A DNA stretch of 64,000 nucleotides from Rebecca billardiae RCC1528 (lineage: Eukaryota; Protista; Haptophyta). Location of the stretch: positions 1,054,001 through 1,118,000 of the forward strand of contig OZ251239.1 in NCBI GenBank assembly GCA_965240325.2, written 5' to 3'. Positions 55,759-64,000 of this stretch are shown in pieces. The stretch's first letter is position 1, and each line of letters opens with the position of its first letter. The position numbers and the translations under genes were made by a program. The notes under the pieces are model-generated. The model was not told where the DNA came from. It was given only the letters and a program-made list of their open reading frames with translations, and made no database searches.

Positions 55759-56217
55759 ATGGCGGCTGGCGCGGCGCTGCAGCGAATCTTTGCTGCTGCT
55801 GGGCGTCATCGGCTGTGCGTGCCCAGTCATGTGCGTGGCGTGGCGGGCCGTGCGGTACCGATGGCCCTCCTATCGCCGCACATGACCACAGGCACACTGA
55901 CGAAGTGGTACGTCGAGGTCGGTTCTCACGTCGCGGTCGGCGACCTATTGTACGACGTGCGCGTGGACAAGCTCACAGAGGACGGCGGCGCGGTCGAGAT
56001 GGAAGTCGAGGCTCACGAGGACGTCTTCGTCAAGGAGCTGGTCGTCGCTGAGGGCCAGCAGGCGAGGCCAAACGAGACCATTGCCCTGGTCGTCGAGGAG
56101 GCTGACGACCTCAGCGCCGATCGCGTCGAGGTTTCAGAAGCCCAGTTTATGTGGCAGGGGTACACCAAGAGACAAGCCGATGCATCAGGCATGTGCGGCC
56201 GCGGCGCGAGAGAGTAG
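55759..56217 (+). CDS. Stand-alone lipoyl/biotinyl-attachment-domain protein with basic presequence
   Basis: MALLSPHMTTGTLTKW..G..VAVGDLL..V.VDK..MEVEAHED resembles the E2 lipoyl domain. Confidence 0.8.
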   Translation: MAAGAALQRIFAAAGRHRLCVPSHVRGVAGRAVPMALLSPHMTTGTLTKWYVEVGSHVAVGDLLYDVRVDKLTEDGGAVEMEVEAHEDVFVKELVVAEGQQARPNETIALVVEEADDLSADRVEVSEAQFMWQGYTKRQADASGMCGRGARE

Positions 56218-56774
56218 GCAGCGACAACAGATGATTGCGCACGCGTGATATCGGGCCCGCCGCCGCGCCGTAGGCGGCACGAGACGAGCGCCGTGGCCGC
56301 CGCCGCGTGCTGGCCGGCTCGCAGTCTCGGATGGACCTGTGGATGGCCACGCTGCCGCCGCGCCGCGCCGCCGCCGGTCTGCGGTCATCCGAGACGGGCG
56401 AGCTAGGCGATGCCACTCGTATCTGACTTCTGAGGCCGTGCCGTCTGCTACCGAGGCTAAGCGGCCGCCGCGGCGGCGGCGCACGACGATGAGGGGGCAA
56501 CAGCGGTGCCACTACTAGTGTCCGCCGCGTCGCCGTCAGCCGCGTGGCGCGCACGTGACGTACGTGTGGGACCCGCACACCGCACGTCGGTCATCGGAAT
56601 CCTGACCGTTGACAGTACTACGTAGAGTAGACGCGCGCGTCACTTCTAGCAGTGACTGCTACTGCTACTGCTCGGGCTGTGAATCAGCCCGCTGTGAGTG
56701 TGAAGTGTGCCAATGGCAATGGGCCAGCGGCCAGAGTGGCGGATGAGTCCGGATGACTGTCGTCGGACAGTATA

Positions 56775-56779
<5 letters not shown>

Positions 56780-56807
<28 letters not shown>
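56780..56807. repeat. (TA)14 microsatellite
   Basis: Direct reading. Confidence 0.9.
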
Positions 56808-57184
56808 GGTTCCTGACTACATCATCACTTTGCTGATGACTTATCCGTCCGTTATCGCACACTGTTCGCACAGTTCGCACACGCGACCCGCGGCCGCGCG
56901 TCCCCTGCGACCCACGCGTACGCACGGTTAGTTGTAGTATTGGCAGGCCTCACCCATTGCCTGCTGGCTGCTGCGCTGCGGCTCCACGTCACGTCCTCGG
57001 GCGTCACTAATAGCCGCAATGCATGGACCACCATCGCGCAGGCGCCGCCACTCGGCGTGCAATGCCCAGCGACATCATCGGCGCTGGCAGCCGTTGATGT
57101 AACTTGATTGATTGAGGTGTCAATCCCAAAGCTCGCCCTGCACGGCTGGGCTCCCCAAGGTGCATGGGCCTGACGCGCGGCGGC

Positions 57185-57853
57185 TCAGCCGCTCTCGTCG
57201 TCACCGTCTCCCCAGTCAAAGTCGAGCTCATCGTCGTCATTGCGCTCGCCCTCGTCGTCCGCGGCGCCAGCGGGCTGCTGCTGGTCGCTGAGCGTGTCGA
57301 TCAGCGCCATCACGCGCACCGGTCCAGAGATGTCGACAGTGGTGAAGTGCAGGTCGGGGATGCGCTTCATGTGCGTGAGCCGCTGGGCGAGCTCGAAACG
57401 CACGGACTTGCGGTTGTCCTCCAGCCATCTGATCGCGCGGATCGTGTCGAGCTTCTCGCCGTACGTCGACACGCGCACGTTGGCGGAGCGCAGGTCATCC
57501 GTGACCGCCACATCGACGACCGAGATCATTTGGCGAAGGTCCTCCTTGAGGGTGTTACGCTGCTGGTGCACGACGCCGCGCTGAATCACGTCAGAGAGCT
57601 CCGCACGAACCACCTGGCCCACCCGCTGGCTACGCTGGAAGCCATGGTTGGACGATCGCCGACTGCGCGCGCCAGCGGCCATGTGCGCGCTCGCGTCGCG
57701 CAGCGCTCGTGCCGCGCAGCGGCCAGAGTGTGCTGCCACCACGTGCCCGGGCCCCGAAGATGCGCCGGGAGTCCACCCGTGCGCGCCTGCGAGCGCGAGC
57801 GCGAGCACGAGCAGCGGCCACGCTCGCGTCGCGAGCACTCCCCTCGGAGCCAT
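57185..57853 (-). CDS. rbfA: Plastid ribosome-binding factor A
   Basis: RSQRVGQVVRAELSDVI, ISVVDVAVTDDLRSANVRVS, LAQRLTHMKRIPDLHF; signal peptide ending AHG-W. Confidence 0.92.
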   Translation of the reverse strand: MAPRGVLATRAWPLLVLALALAGAHGWTPGASSGPGHVVAAHSGRCAARALRDASAHMAAGARSRRSSNHGFQRSQRVGQVVRAELSDVIQRGVVHQQRNTLKEDLRQMISVVDVAVTDDLRSANVRVSTYGEKLDTIRAIRWLEDNRKSVRFELAQRLTHMKRIPDLHFTTVDISGPVRVMALIDTLSDQQQPAGAADDEGERNDDDELDFDWGDGDDESG

Positions 57854-58161
57854 GCCGCTGCGAACGGGGCCGTCCATATGGAGTCGTCGCCCTCGTACCC
57901 GCGCACGCCTGCGAAGGCACCACGACGGAAAGGCCTCAAAGGCGTGCTCAAGAAGTACGAATGTCCGGGCGCGTGGCCACCCGGACAAGTATGTCTCGAA
58001 GGCTTCCGAGTTCCGAACCGCTCCCGGGCACGCACGCACGCACGCAGTGTCGCGCGCGAGGCCGAAAGCCGCGTGGCCGTCCAGACCGCCATCGCGAAGC
58101 CAGTCATCAATCGGACGGCGCACGTCGCCTCTCCGGACGCCTCGGCTCGTGGCGCTGAGCG

Positions 58162-60045
58162 ATGATGCTGTCGCTCGCGATCGGTCTGCTCGCGTCTGGC
58201 TATGTCGCCCGCCCGGCACCACCCACCGCCCCTCGCCTCGCCCGCGCCACACGAGCGTCGGCGCTCGTGCAGATGTCTAAGACCGTCGACTTTGACGACG
58301 ACAGCCGCGAGAAGCTGATGCGCGGCATCGACGCGGTTGCGAATGCGGTGAAGGTGACGCTCGGTCCGAAGGGGCGCAACGTCGTCCTCGAGCGCGCGTA
58401 CGGCGCGCCCGAGATCGTCAACGACGGCGTCACGATCGCGCGCGACATCGAGCTGGAGAACCCGCAGGAGAACGTCGGCGTCAAGCTGCTCGTCGAGGTG
58501 GCGTCGAAGACGGACCTGAAGGCGGGCGACGGCACGACGACGTCGACGGTGCTGGCGCAGGCCATGGTGCGCGAGGGCCTCAAGTCCGTCGCGGCGGGCG
58601 CCTCGCCCGTCTCGCTGCAGCGCGGCATCATGAAGGCCGCAAAGGCGCTCGTCAAGGAGATCAACGCGCTGTCAAAGCCGATCGCGGGCAACGAGGACCT
58701 GCGCTCGATCGCGACGATCTCGACGAACTCGGTGGAGATGGGGCGGATCATCTCGACCGCGTTCGAGAAGGTCGGCGCGCTCGGCTCGACCACCGTCGAG
58801 GACGGCCAGGTCCTCACCGACGAGATCGACTTCACGGAGGGGATGGAGATCGACCGTGGCTACTCGTCGCCCTACTTCGTCAAGAACCAGGAGTCGCAGT
58901 CGGCGCAGCTGAACAAGCCGCGGGTGCTGATCACGGACCGGAAGCTGACGAACATGAACGAGATGGTCACCCTCCTCGAGGCCATCGTCAAGCTCAAGCA
59001 GCCCCTCGTCATCATCGCCGAGGACGTGACGGGCGAGGCGCTGTCGTCCCTCGTCCTGAACAAGATGCGCGGCGTGCTCGACGTGGTCTCGGTCAAGGCG
59101 CCCGGGTTCGGCGACCGGCGGCGCGCGTACATGGAGGACATCGCGGTGCTCACCGGCGCGACGTTCGTCACCGAGCAGCTGGGCGTGACGATGGAGCAGG
59201 TCACGCCCGAGATGCTCGGCCTCGCCGAGCGCGTCGTCGTCGGCAAGGAGGTGACGACCATCATCTCGACCGGCGAGCACTCGGAGGCGGTCGCGCAGCG
59301 CATCAAGCTGATCCAGGCGCAGATGGCGGAGACGGACAACCAGTTCGACCTCGAGAAGGGCGAGGAGCGCATCGCCAAGCTGGGCGGCGCGATCGCGCGC
59401 ATCAAGGTGCGCTTGATGCGCGCCCGCGCGCTGCCCGCCGCGCAGCGCGCCCTCGCCCCTCGCATCCCGCCCTCGCCGCGCTCACCACGCGCGCGCGCTC
59501 GCCGCCGCCACGGCCGCGCACCCGCCGCCGCCGCCGCGCAGGTGGGCGCCGCGACTGAGACCGAGCTCAAGGACAAGAAGCTCCGGTACGAGGACGCGCT
59601 CAACTCGGTGAAGTGCGCCCTCGAGGCCGGCGTCGTCGCCGGCGGCGGCGCGACGCTCGCTTACCTTGCAGGTCAGCAGCAGCGCATCATCGACTCGATC
59701 ACGTTTGCGGACGAGGATGAGGTGAGGGGGGCTGAGATTGTGTTCCGCGCCATCACGGCGCCGATCCAGCAGATCGCCGTGAACGCGGGCGTCGACGGCG
59801 CCGTCGTGCTGGAGAACGTGAAGGAGGGTGAGTACGGGTATGGGTACAACGCGGCGACCGACACGTACGAGGACCTCATCGACGCGGGCGTGCTCGACCC
59901 CGCGAAGGTGACGTGCTGGGGCGTGGAGAACAGCGCATCGATCGCCGGCTCCATCTTGACGACGAACGTCCTCATCTGCGAGATCCCGGAGAAGGAGGAC
60001 GTGGATGCAGGCTTGGCGGGGGCCGGCATGGAGGGCATGTACTAA
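58162..60045 (+). CDS. CPN60: Plastid chaperonin 60 (GroEL family); in-frame intron 59407-59541
   Basis: AVKVTLGPKGRNVV, GDGTTT, KAPGFGDRR, IK|VGAATETELKDKKLRYEDALN, DPAKV; signal peptide ending ASG-Y. Confidence 0.97.
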   Translation: MMLSLAIGLLASGYVARPAPPTAPRLARATRASALVQMSKTVDFDDDSREKLMRGIDAVANAVKVTLGPKGRNVVLERAYGAPEIVNDGVTIARDIELENPQENVGVKLLVEVASKTDLKAGDGTTTSTVLAQAMVREGLKSVAAGASPVSLQRGIMKAAKALVKEINALSKPIAGNEDLRSIATISTNSVEMGRIISTAFEKVGALGSTTVEDGQVLTDEIDFTEGMEIDRGYSSPYFVKNQESQSAQLNKPRVLITDRKLTNMNEMVTLLEAIVKLKQPLVIIAEDVTGEALSSLVLNKMRGVLDVVSVKAPGFGDRRRAYMEDIAVLTGATFVTEQLGVTMEQVTPEMLGLAERVVVGKEVTTIISTGEHSEAVAQRIKLIQAQMAETDNQFDLEKGEERIAKLGGAIARIKVRLMRARALPAAQRALAPRIPPSPRSPRARARRRHGRAPAAAAAQVGAATETELKDKKLRYEDALNSVKCALEAGVVAGGGATLAYLAGQQQRIIDSITFADEDEVRGAEIVFRAITAPIQQIAVNAGVDGAVVLENVKEGEYGYGYNAATDTYEDLIDAGVLDPAKVTCWGVENSASIAGSILTTNVLICEIPEKEDVDAGLAGAGMEGMY

Positions 60046-60575
60046 GCAGCTGGCACGGTTCGGCCGAGCGCAGCGCGAGCGAGACCCCGCTGGCTCGCGC
60101 GGGGGGCGCTGGTCCGAGCCGCCGTCGCAACGGGCTGCCGGCAGCGGCGATCTGCGCTGTCGTTCTGCTCCCAAGCATCGCTGACCTGACCGGGTCGCGC
60201 GCGCGGCGCAGCCAGCAGTCAGCGTGCACTCGGACCTCGCAGTCTGAAGTCGGAACCGCGCCGGCGATCATCGATCATGCCGCATCAGACATCAGGTCCT
60301 CTCGCAGGCTTCACTGGAGAGTGGAGTTCACATCTGGCGGATCACATATACATTGCGTGAGTGTGCGCCGCCCTGTCTGAGACATGACGATGAGCAATAG
60401 AGAGAGAGAGAGAGGCAGAGAGCACTACTGAGCTCGCGGGCTCGGTCGATCGACGGTCGTCACGGCGTCCCAGACAGGTTAGCTACCGCTTGGGCCCCGG
60501 CCTGTTGGCTGTGGAGTGTGGTCGTCCCTGTCACTGTGGCTGCTGGCGGGCTGCTGGCTGCTGTCGGTCGTTGAC

Positions 60576-61685
60576 TCACAGCACCTTCAACTGCGCATGC
60601 TCGTAGCCGAAGTAGCCCTTGTTGCGATCGAACAGCTCCACCAGCGCCTGGATGTACTTGCCGTGGTACTCGTCCAGCTGCTGCGGCGTCGGCTCGGCGA
60701 TTTTGGGCAGGAGCATCGGCTTGCCCACCACAAAGTAGAGCCCGAGGTCCCTCCGCGGCAGCGGCGGGAAGAACCAGCGGCCGAGCGGCATGATGGCGGG
60801 CACGTTGAAGTCGGCGAGCCACGTGCGGAGCGAGGTGAAGCCCTGCGGGTTGTAGTACGTGTCCGCCTCGCCGAACACGTAGCACGGGTACAGCGCGTAC
60901 CCGTACCGCAGCGCCAGCTTGACGAATCCCTTCTTCTTCTTGATGTACGCGACATGCCGGCCGCGGCAGCTCACGGCCGCCTCGTGGAAGCCGCCGGGGA
61001 TGAGCCCGAGCGCCTCGCCGCGGTCCATGAGCGTGATCATGCCCTTGCGGTCGGCCGGCCACGTCGAGCGCACGGGGTCGACGATGAAGTGCCGGAAGAG
61101 CGGCGAGTCGCACAGCAGCCGCACCGCCAGCCCCTGCTGCGGCAGCGGGCGAGGCATCCACTCGCGCCCAAATCGGATCGGGTTGCGCAGGTGGTTGGCG
61201 GCCATGAACCAGGAGAACATGCCGTGCGGGTGGTACGCCCAGACGCCGGTGGGGAGGTCCTTTGAGAGCGCGAACTCGTAGCACGTGTGCGCCCCGTGCT
61301 CGTAGTAGTCGCCGCTGTCGACGAGCAGCTGCTGCACCCACTGCATGTATGGCAGGCGCAGCCCGACGTGCGGCAGCGCGCAGAACACCATGGCCCCGCC
61401 GATCACGGCGGTGGCGAGCGGCAGCGACGAGCCGAGCGCGAGGTAGATGAGGTACCACACCGCCGCGGTCGTGGGCAGCGCGATCACGAGCTGAGGCGTC
61501 GACGGCCTCGGCTGCATCACGTTGAACACGTTCAGCAGCAGCCCGACCTGCCAGCACGTGATCACGAAGAGGTGGGAGATGACGCCTTTGATGTAGCCTC
61601 GCCACGTCCCATGGTGCGGCCCCGGACCGCGGTATGTCGGGAAGATCTTCGACAAGTCGCGACCCCCGTGCGATGCGCCGCCCAT
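60576..61685 (-). CDS. DGAT2: Diacylglycerol/monoacylglycerol acyltransferase, DGAT2 family
   Basis: YHPHG, IPGGFHEA, KKGFVKLALRYG..P.YVFGE, VVGKP, YIQALVELF; start ATG 61685. Confidence 0.9.
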   Translation of the reverse strand: MGGASHGGRDLSKIFPTYRGPGPHHGTWRGYIKGVISHLFVITCWQVGLLLNVFNVMQPRPSTPQLVIALPTTAAVWYLIYLALGSSLPLATAVIGGAMVFCALPHVGLRLPYMQWVQQLLVDSGDYYEHGAHTCYEFALSKDLPTGVWAYHPHGMFSWFMAANHLRNPIRFGREWMPRPLPQQGLAVRLLCDSPLFRHFIVDPVRSTWPADRKGMITLMDRGEALGLIPGGFHEAAVSCRGRHVAYIKKKKGFVKLALRYGYALYPCYVFGEADTYYNPQGFTSLRTWLADFNVPAIMPLGRWFFPPLPRRDLGLYFVVGKPMLLPKIAEPTPQQLDEYHGKYIQALVELFDRNKGYFGYEHAQLKVL

Positions 61686-61764
61686 GGCGAGCGGCGACGG
61701 CGAGCGAAGTGGCCGTGCCGGGTGGTGGCGAGCGGCCTTGATGAGGAAAGAGCCGGAGTGCTGA

Positions 61765-62877
61765 GCCAAGGGAGTCAAGGGTGCCCGCGCCCCAGTGGCG
61801 CGCTCGCCGGATGTGAGGATACACCTTTTTGCCCGCGGCCTGCGGCGGGCGGCGGCGAGGGCGTGCTCCGCTGGCGGGGCGAGCGCACGGGGCACGGCGC
61901 TGCGGGCGCGGATGTGCCCGCGAAGCCGGCGCGTGCAGACGGGCTGTTGCGGGAGAGTATTCGGCGCCCTCCTGCGCCGCGCGACTTGCGCCACGCCTCT
62001 TTCGCCTCGGCTCAGAGCAGCGCGCACGCACGCGCCGCCTCAAGGCCAGCCTTGCCGCGCCGCAGCCGGCCGCGCGCGCGCCGTGCGCGGCGCGGTCGGG
62101 AAGGAACGGGCGCTGCTGCCGGGCGAGATGGCAAAGGCATATGCGCACGCCATGCCGCCCCGCGGCGCCTAAATGAGCGTGTCGTCGGTCTGTTTGCATG
62201 CCTCTTCGACTTGTCACAAATGGTGTGCACGGCTGCGCGGTCGTGACCCTTGTTGGGACGATCATTGAGACACAGAATAGTGCCAGACGGGCACGCGGGC
62301 TACTCTTACATGCATGTTCATCACCGCGTGTTCATGTAGAAGTGCTGGGTGCGACGCTTTCCTCGCGCTGATGCTCTTTCATCATCTTCTGCGAGCTCAG
62401 GTCTGGCTTCGTGCACGACAAGTGATCAGCACTCGTCAACAGCTGTGCGGATCCGTTCTCGTGCTCTTTCGCGGCGCCGCGGGGCGGCATGGCGTGCGCA
62501 CATGCGTTTGCCATCTCGCCCGGCAGCAGCGCCCGTTCCTTCCCGACCGCGCCGCGCACGGCGCGCGCGCGGCCGGCTGCGGCGCGGCAAGGCTGGCCTT
62601 GAGGCGGCGCGAGCGTGCGCGCTGCTCTGAGCCGAGGCGAAAGAGGCGTGGCGCAAGTCGCGCGGCGCAGGAGGGCGCCGAATACTCTCCCGCAACAGCC
62701 CGTCTGCACGCGCCGGCTTCGCGGGCACATCCGCGCCCGCAGCGCCGTGCCCCGTGCGCTCGCCCCGCCAGCGGAGCACGCCCTCGCCGCCGCCCGCCGC
62801 AGGCCGCGGGCAAAAAGGTGTATCCCAACATCCGCCGAGCGCGCCACTGGGGCGCGGGCACCCTTGACTCCCTTGGC
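61765..62877. mobile_element. 1113-bp foldback MITE with 405-bp TIRs and TGA target duplication (PIF/Harbinger-like target)
   Basis: 61765-62169 is inverted at 62473-62877; TGA at 61762-61764 and 62878-62880; reconstructed empty site GCTGAGC. Confidence 0.88.
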
Positions 62878-62975
62878 TGAGCGGATTCTGTGGGCTGTGG
62901 CGCTGGTGCGCAGGCACCGGACTTCGTCAGACTGCCGACCGGGTGAGCGCGCGCCGCGCGCGGTAAGTTCTTGAC

Positions 62976-63030
62976 TTTTCCCGCGCTCGCCGCTCTCCAA
63001 GCTCTCGCACGCCGCCGCCGCGCGGGAAAA
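62976..63030. promoter_or_regulatory. Inverted pair of E2F-type sites
   Basis: TTTTCCCGCGC (62976) and GCGCGGGAAAA (63020) match TTTSSCGC. Confidence 0.45.
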
Positions 63031-63093
63031 CGCCACTCAAGGTCTGCTGTGCACCGAGCGCGAGGGCCGCGGCGCCGAACGAGGACAAGCGCG

Positions 63094-64000
63094 ATGCCGG
63101 TGGACCTCGGCCGCCCGCCCCTGCACCCGTCCACCCGCGAGCAGCTGCACGCGATGCGCGCCCGCGCGTCCGGCCGCGCGGCCGAGGCCAGCACGCCGCA
63201 CGTGGCCTCGGAAGCTCTGCTCCTGCTCAGCGGTGGCGGCTCGGCGCACGACGATGAGCCCAGCCGCGGGGCGCAGACTCTGACCGACCGCGCGCCGGCA
63301 GCAGCACGGCGATGGTGCGCACTCACTGCGGTTGGATGCCACCGCGCTGCCGAGCTCGGCATGAGCGGCGCCGAGTGCGCGCGCCTATACGAGTCGATCG
63401 CCATCCTTCGTGAGTTTGAACAGCACCACGACTTCGACGCAGCTGCGGCGATGAGGCCGAGCCGCAAGCCCGCGCGCAAGGAGAAGCGGCCGGCGGGCGG
63501 TCGGTCTGAGCCGACCTCGAGCGCGCTCCGCCGCGACGACTCGGCGGGGCTGCACGCCACTTCCCTCGGTGGCGCGCTCGCTCCCTCCAACTCGCGCGCG
63601 CTGCATGCGCATGAGCACAGGGCCAAGTGCGGCGATGCCAAGGCGGGCACCTCGTTCGCGGCGGCCGCGCGCTCGGCGAGGCGAAGGCGAGCCAACCCAT
63701 GCGCATCCTCCTCGACCGACCCGACGCTTCCCGCCTCCGACCTGGCCCTCGGCCCATCCGCGGCGGCCGCGCGCGCGCGCTCGACTCGCAGCGTTGGCAC
63801 TTCGACGCGCGACATGATCCCACTGAGCAGCCGCAAGGGCATGTCCACGCGGCACTCGCTAGCGTTCCCAGCGCTGAAGGCGAAGAAGGTGAAGCGCCTC
63901 GACCCGGATCCGAACGCAGGGCCGTCGTGCGCGCCAAGGCCGGCAAAGGCCGCCCGAGGCTTGGGCAGCACGCCCGCGACCATGCTGCCCATGCTGCGCG
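63094..64000 (+). CDS. Hypothetical protein, partial (runs off the window)
   Basis: Open frame from ATG 63094 (MPVDLGRPPLHPSTREQLHAM..LYESIAILREFE); ORF 62436-63992(-) is its antisense shadow. Confidence 0.55.
   Translation, partial: MPVDLGRPPLHPSTREQLHAMRARASGRAAEASTPHVASEALLLLSGGGSAHDDEPSRGAQTLTDRAPAAARRWCALTAVGCHRAAELGMSGAECARLYESIAILREFEQHHDFDAAAAMRPSRKPARKEKRPAGGRSEPTSSALRRDDSAGLHATSLGGALAPSNSRALHAHEHRAKCGDAKAGTSFAAAARSARRRRANPCASSSTDPTLPASDLALGPSAAAARARSTRSVGTSTRDMIPLSSRKGMSTRHSLAFPALKAKKVKRLDPDPNAGPSCAPRPAKAARGLGSTPATMLPMLR

Noticed and set aside
61686-62027. N-terminal extension of DGAT2
   Set aside because: Mostly inside the MITE arm and mirrored at 62615; not protein-like.

Overview
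Very GC-rich eukaryotic nuclear DNA: compact genes, short GC-rich GT(GCG)..(G)CAG introns and several bipartite (signal plus transit) presequences. This fits an alga with a red-derived complex plastid, most likely a haptophyte (inference from gene content and composition only). About 24 protein genes are supportable: a tandem nucleoside-hydrolase-like protein missing from the ORF track, IMP3, PEX12, GST, Tag glycosylase, prolyl aminopeptidase, PUB-thioredoxin, XK-related, MLO, alpha/beta hydrolase, KATNIP, FkbM methyltransferase, a DUF6492-like protein, a 10-repeat EsV-1-7 zinc-finger protein, two multi-exon unknowns, sulfotransferase, rhomboid, an orphan ORF, DUF6816-like, a lipoyl-domain protein, RbfA, Cpn60, DGAT2 and a partial gene. 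Most other ORF-track entries are antisense shadows. The accessory DNA is richer. (1) A 9.24-kb non-autonomous TIR element (38297-47538, TGA duplication) has iteron-like subterminal arrays. (2) Nested in it is a composite-transposon-like block: two identical 808-bp MITEs flanking 3.1 kb of cargo, inserted as one unit. (3) Two long foldback elements sit in promoters. (4) A decayed TIR element carries a pseudogene. The best leads are the composite unit, a possible TALE-like variable-residue code in the EsV-1-7 array, and a ubiquitin-tail-like (L/V)RGG motif shared by three signal-peptide proteins, including an sPUB-like protein.
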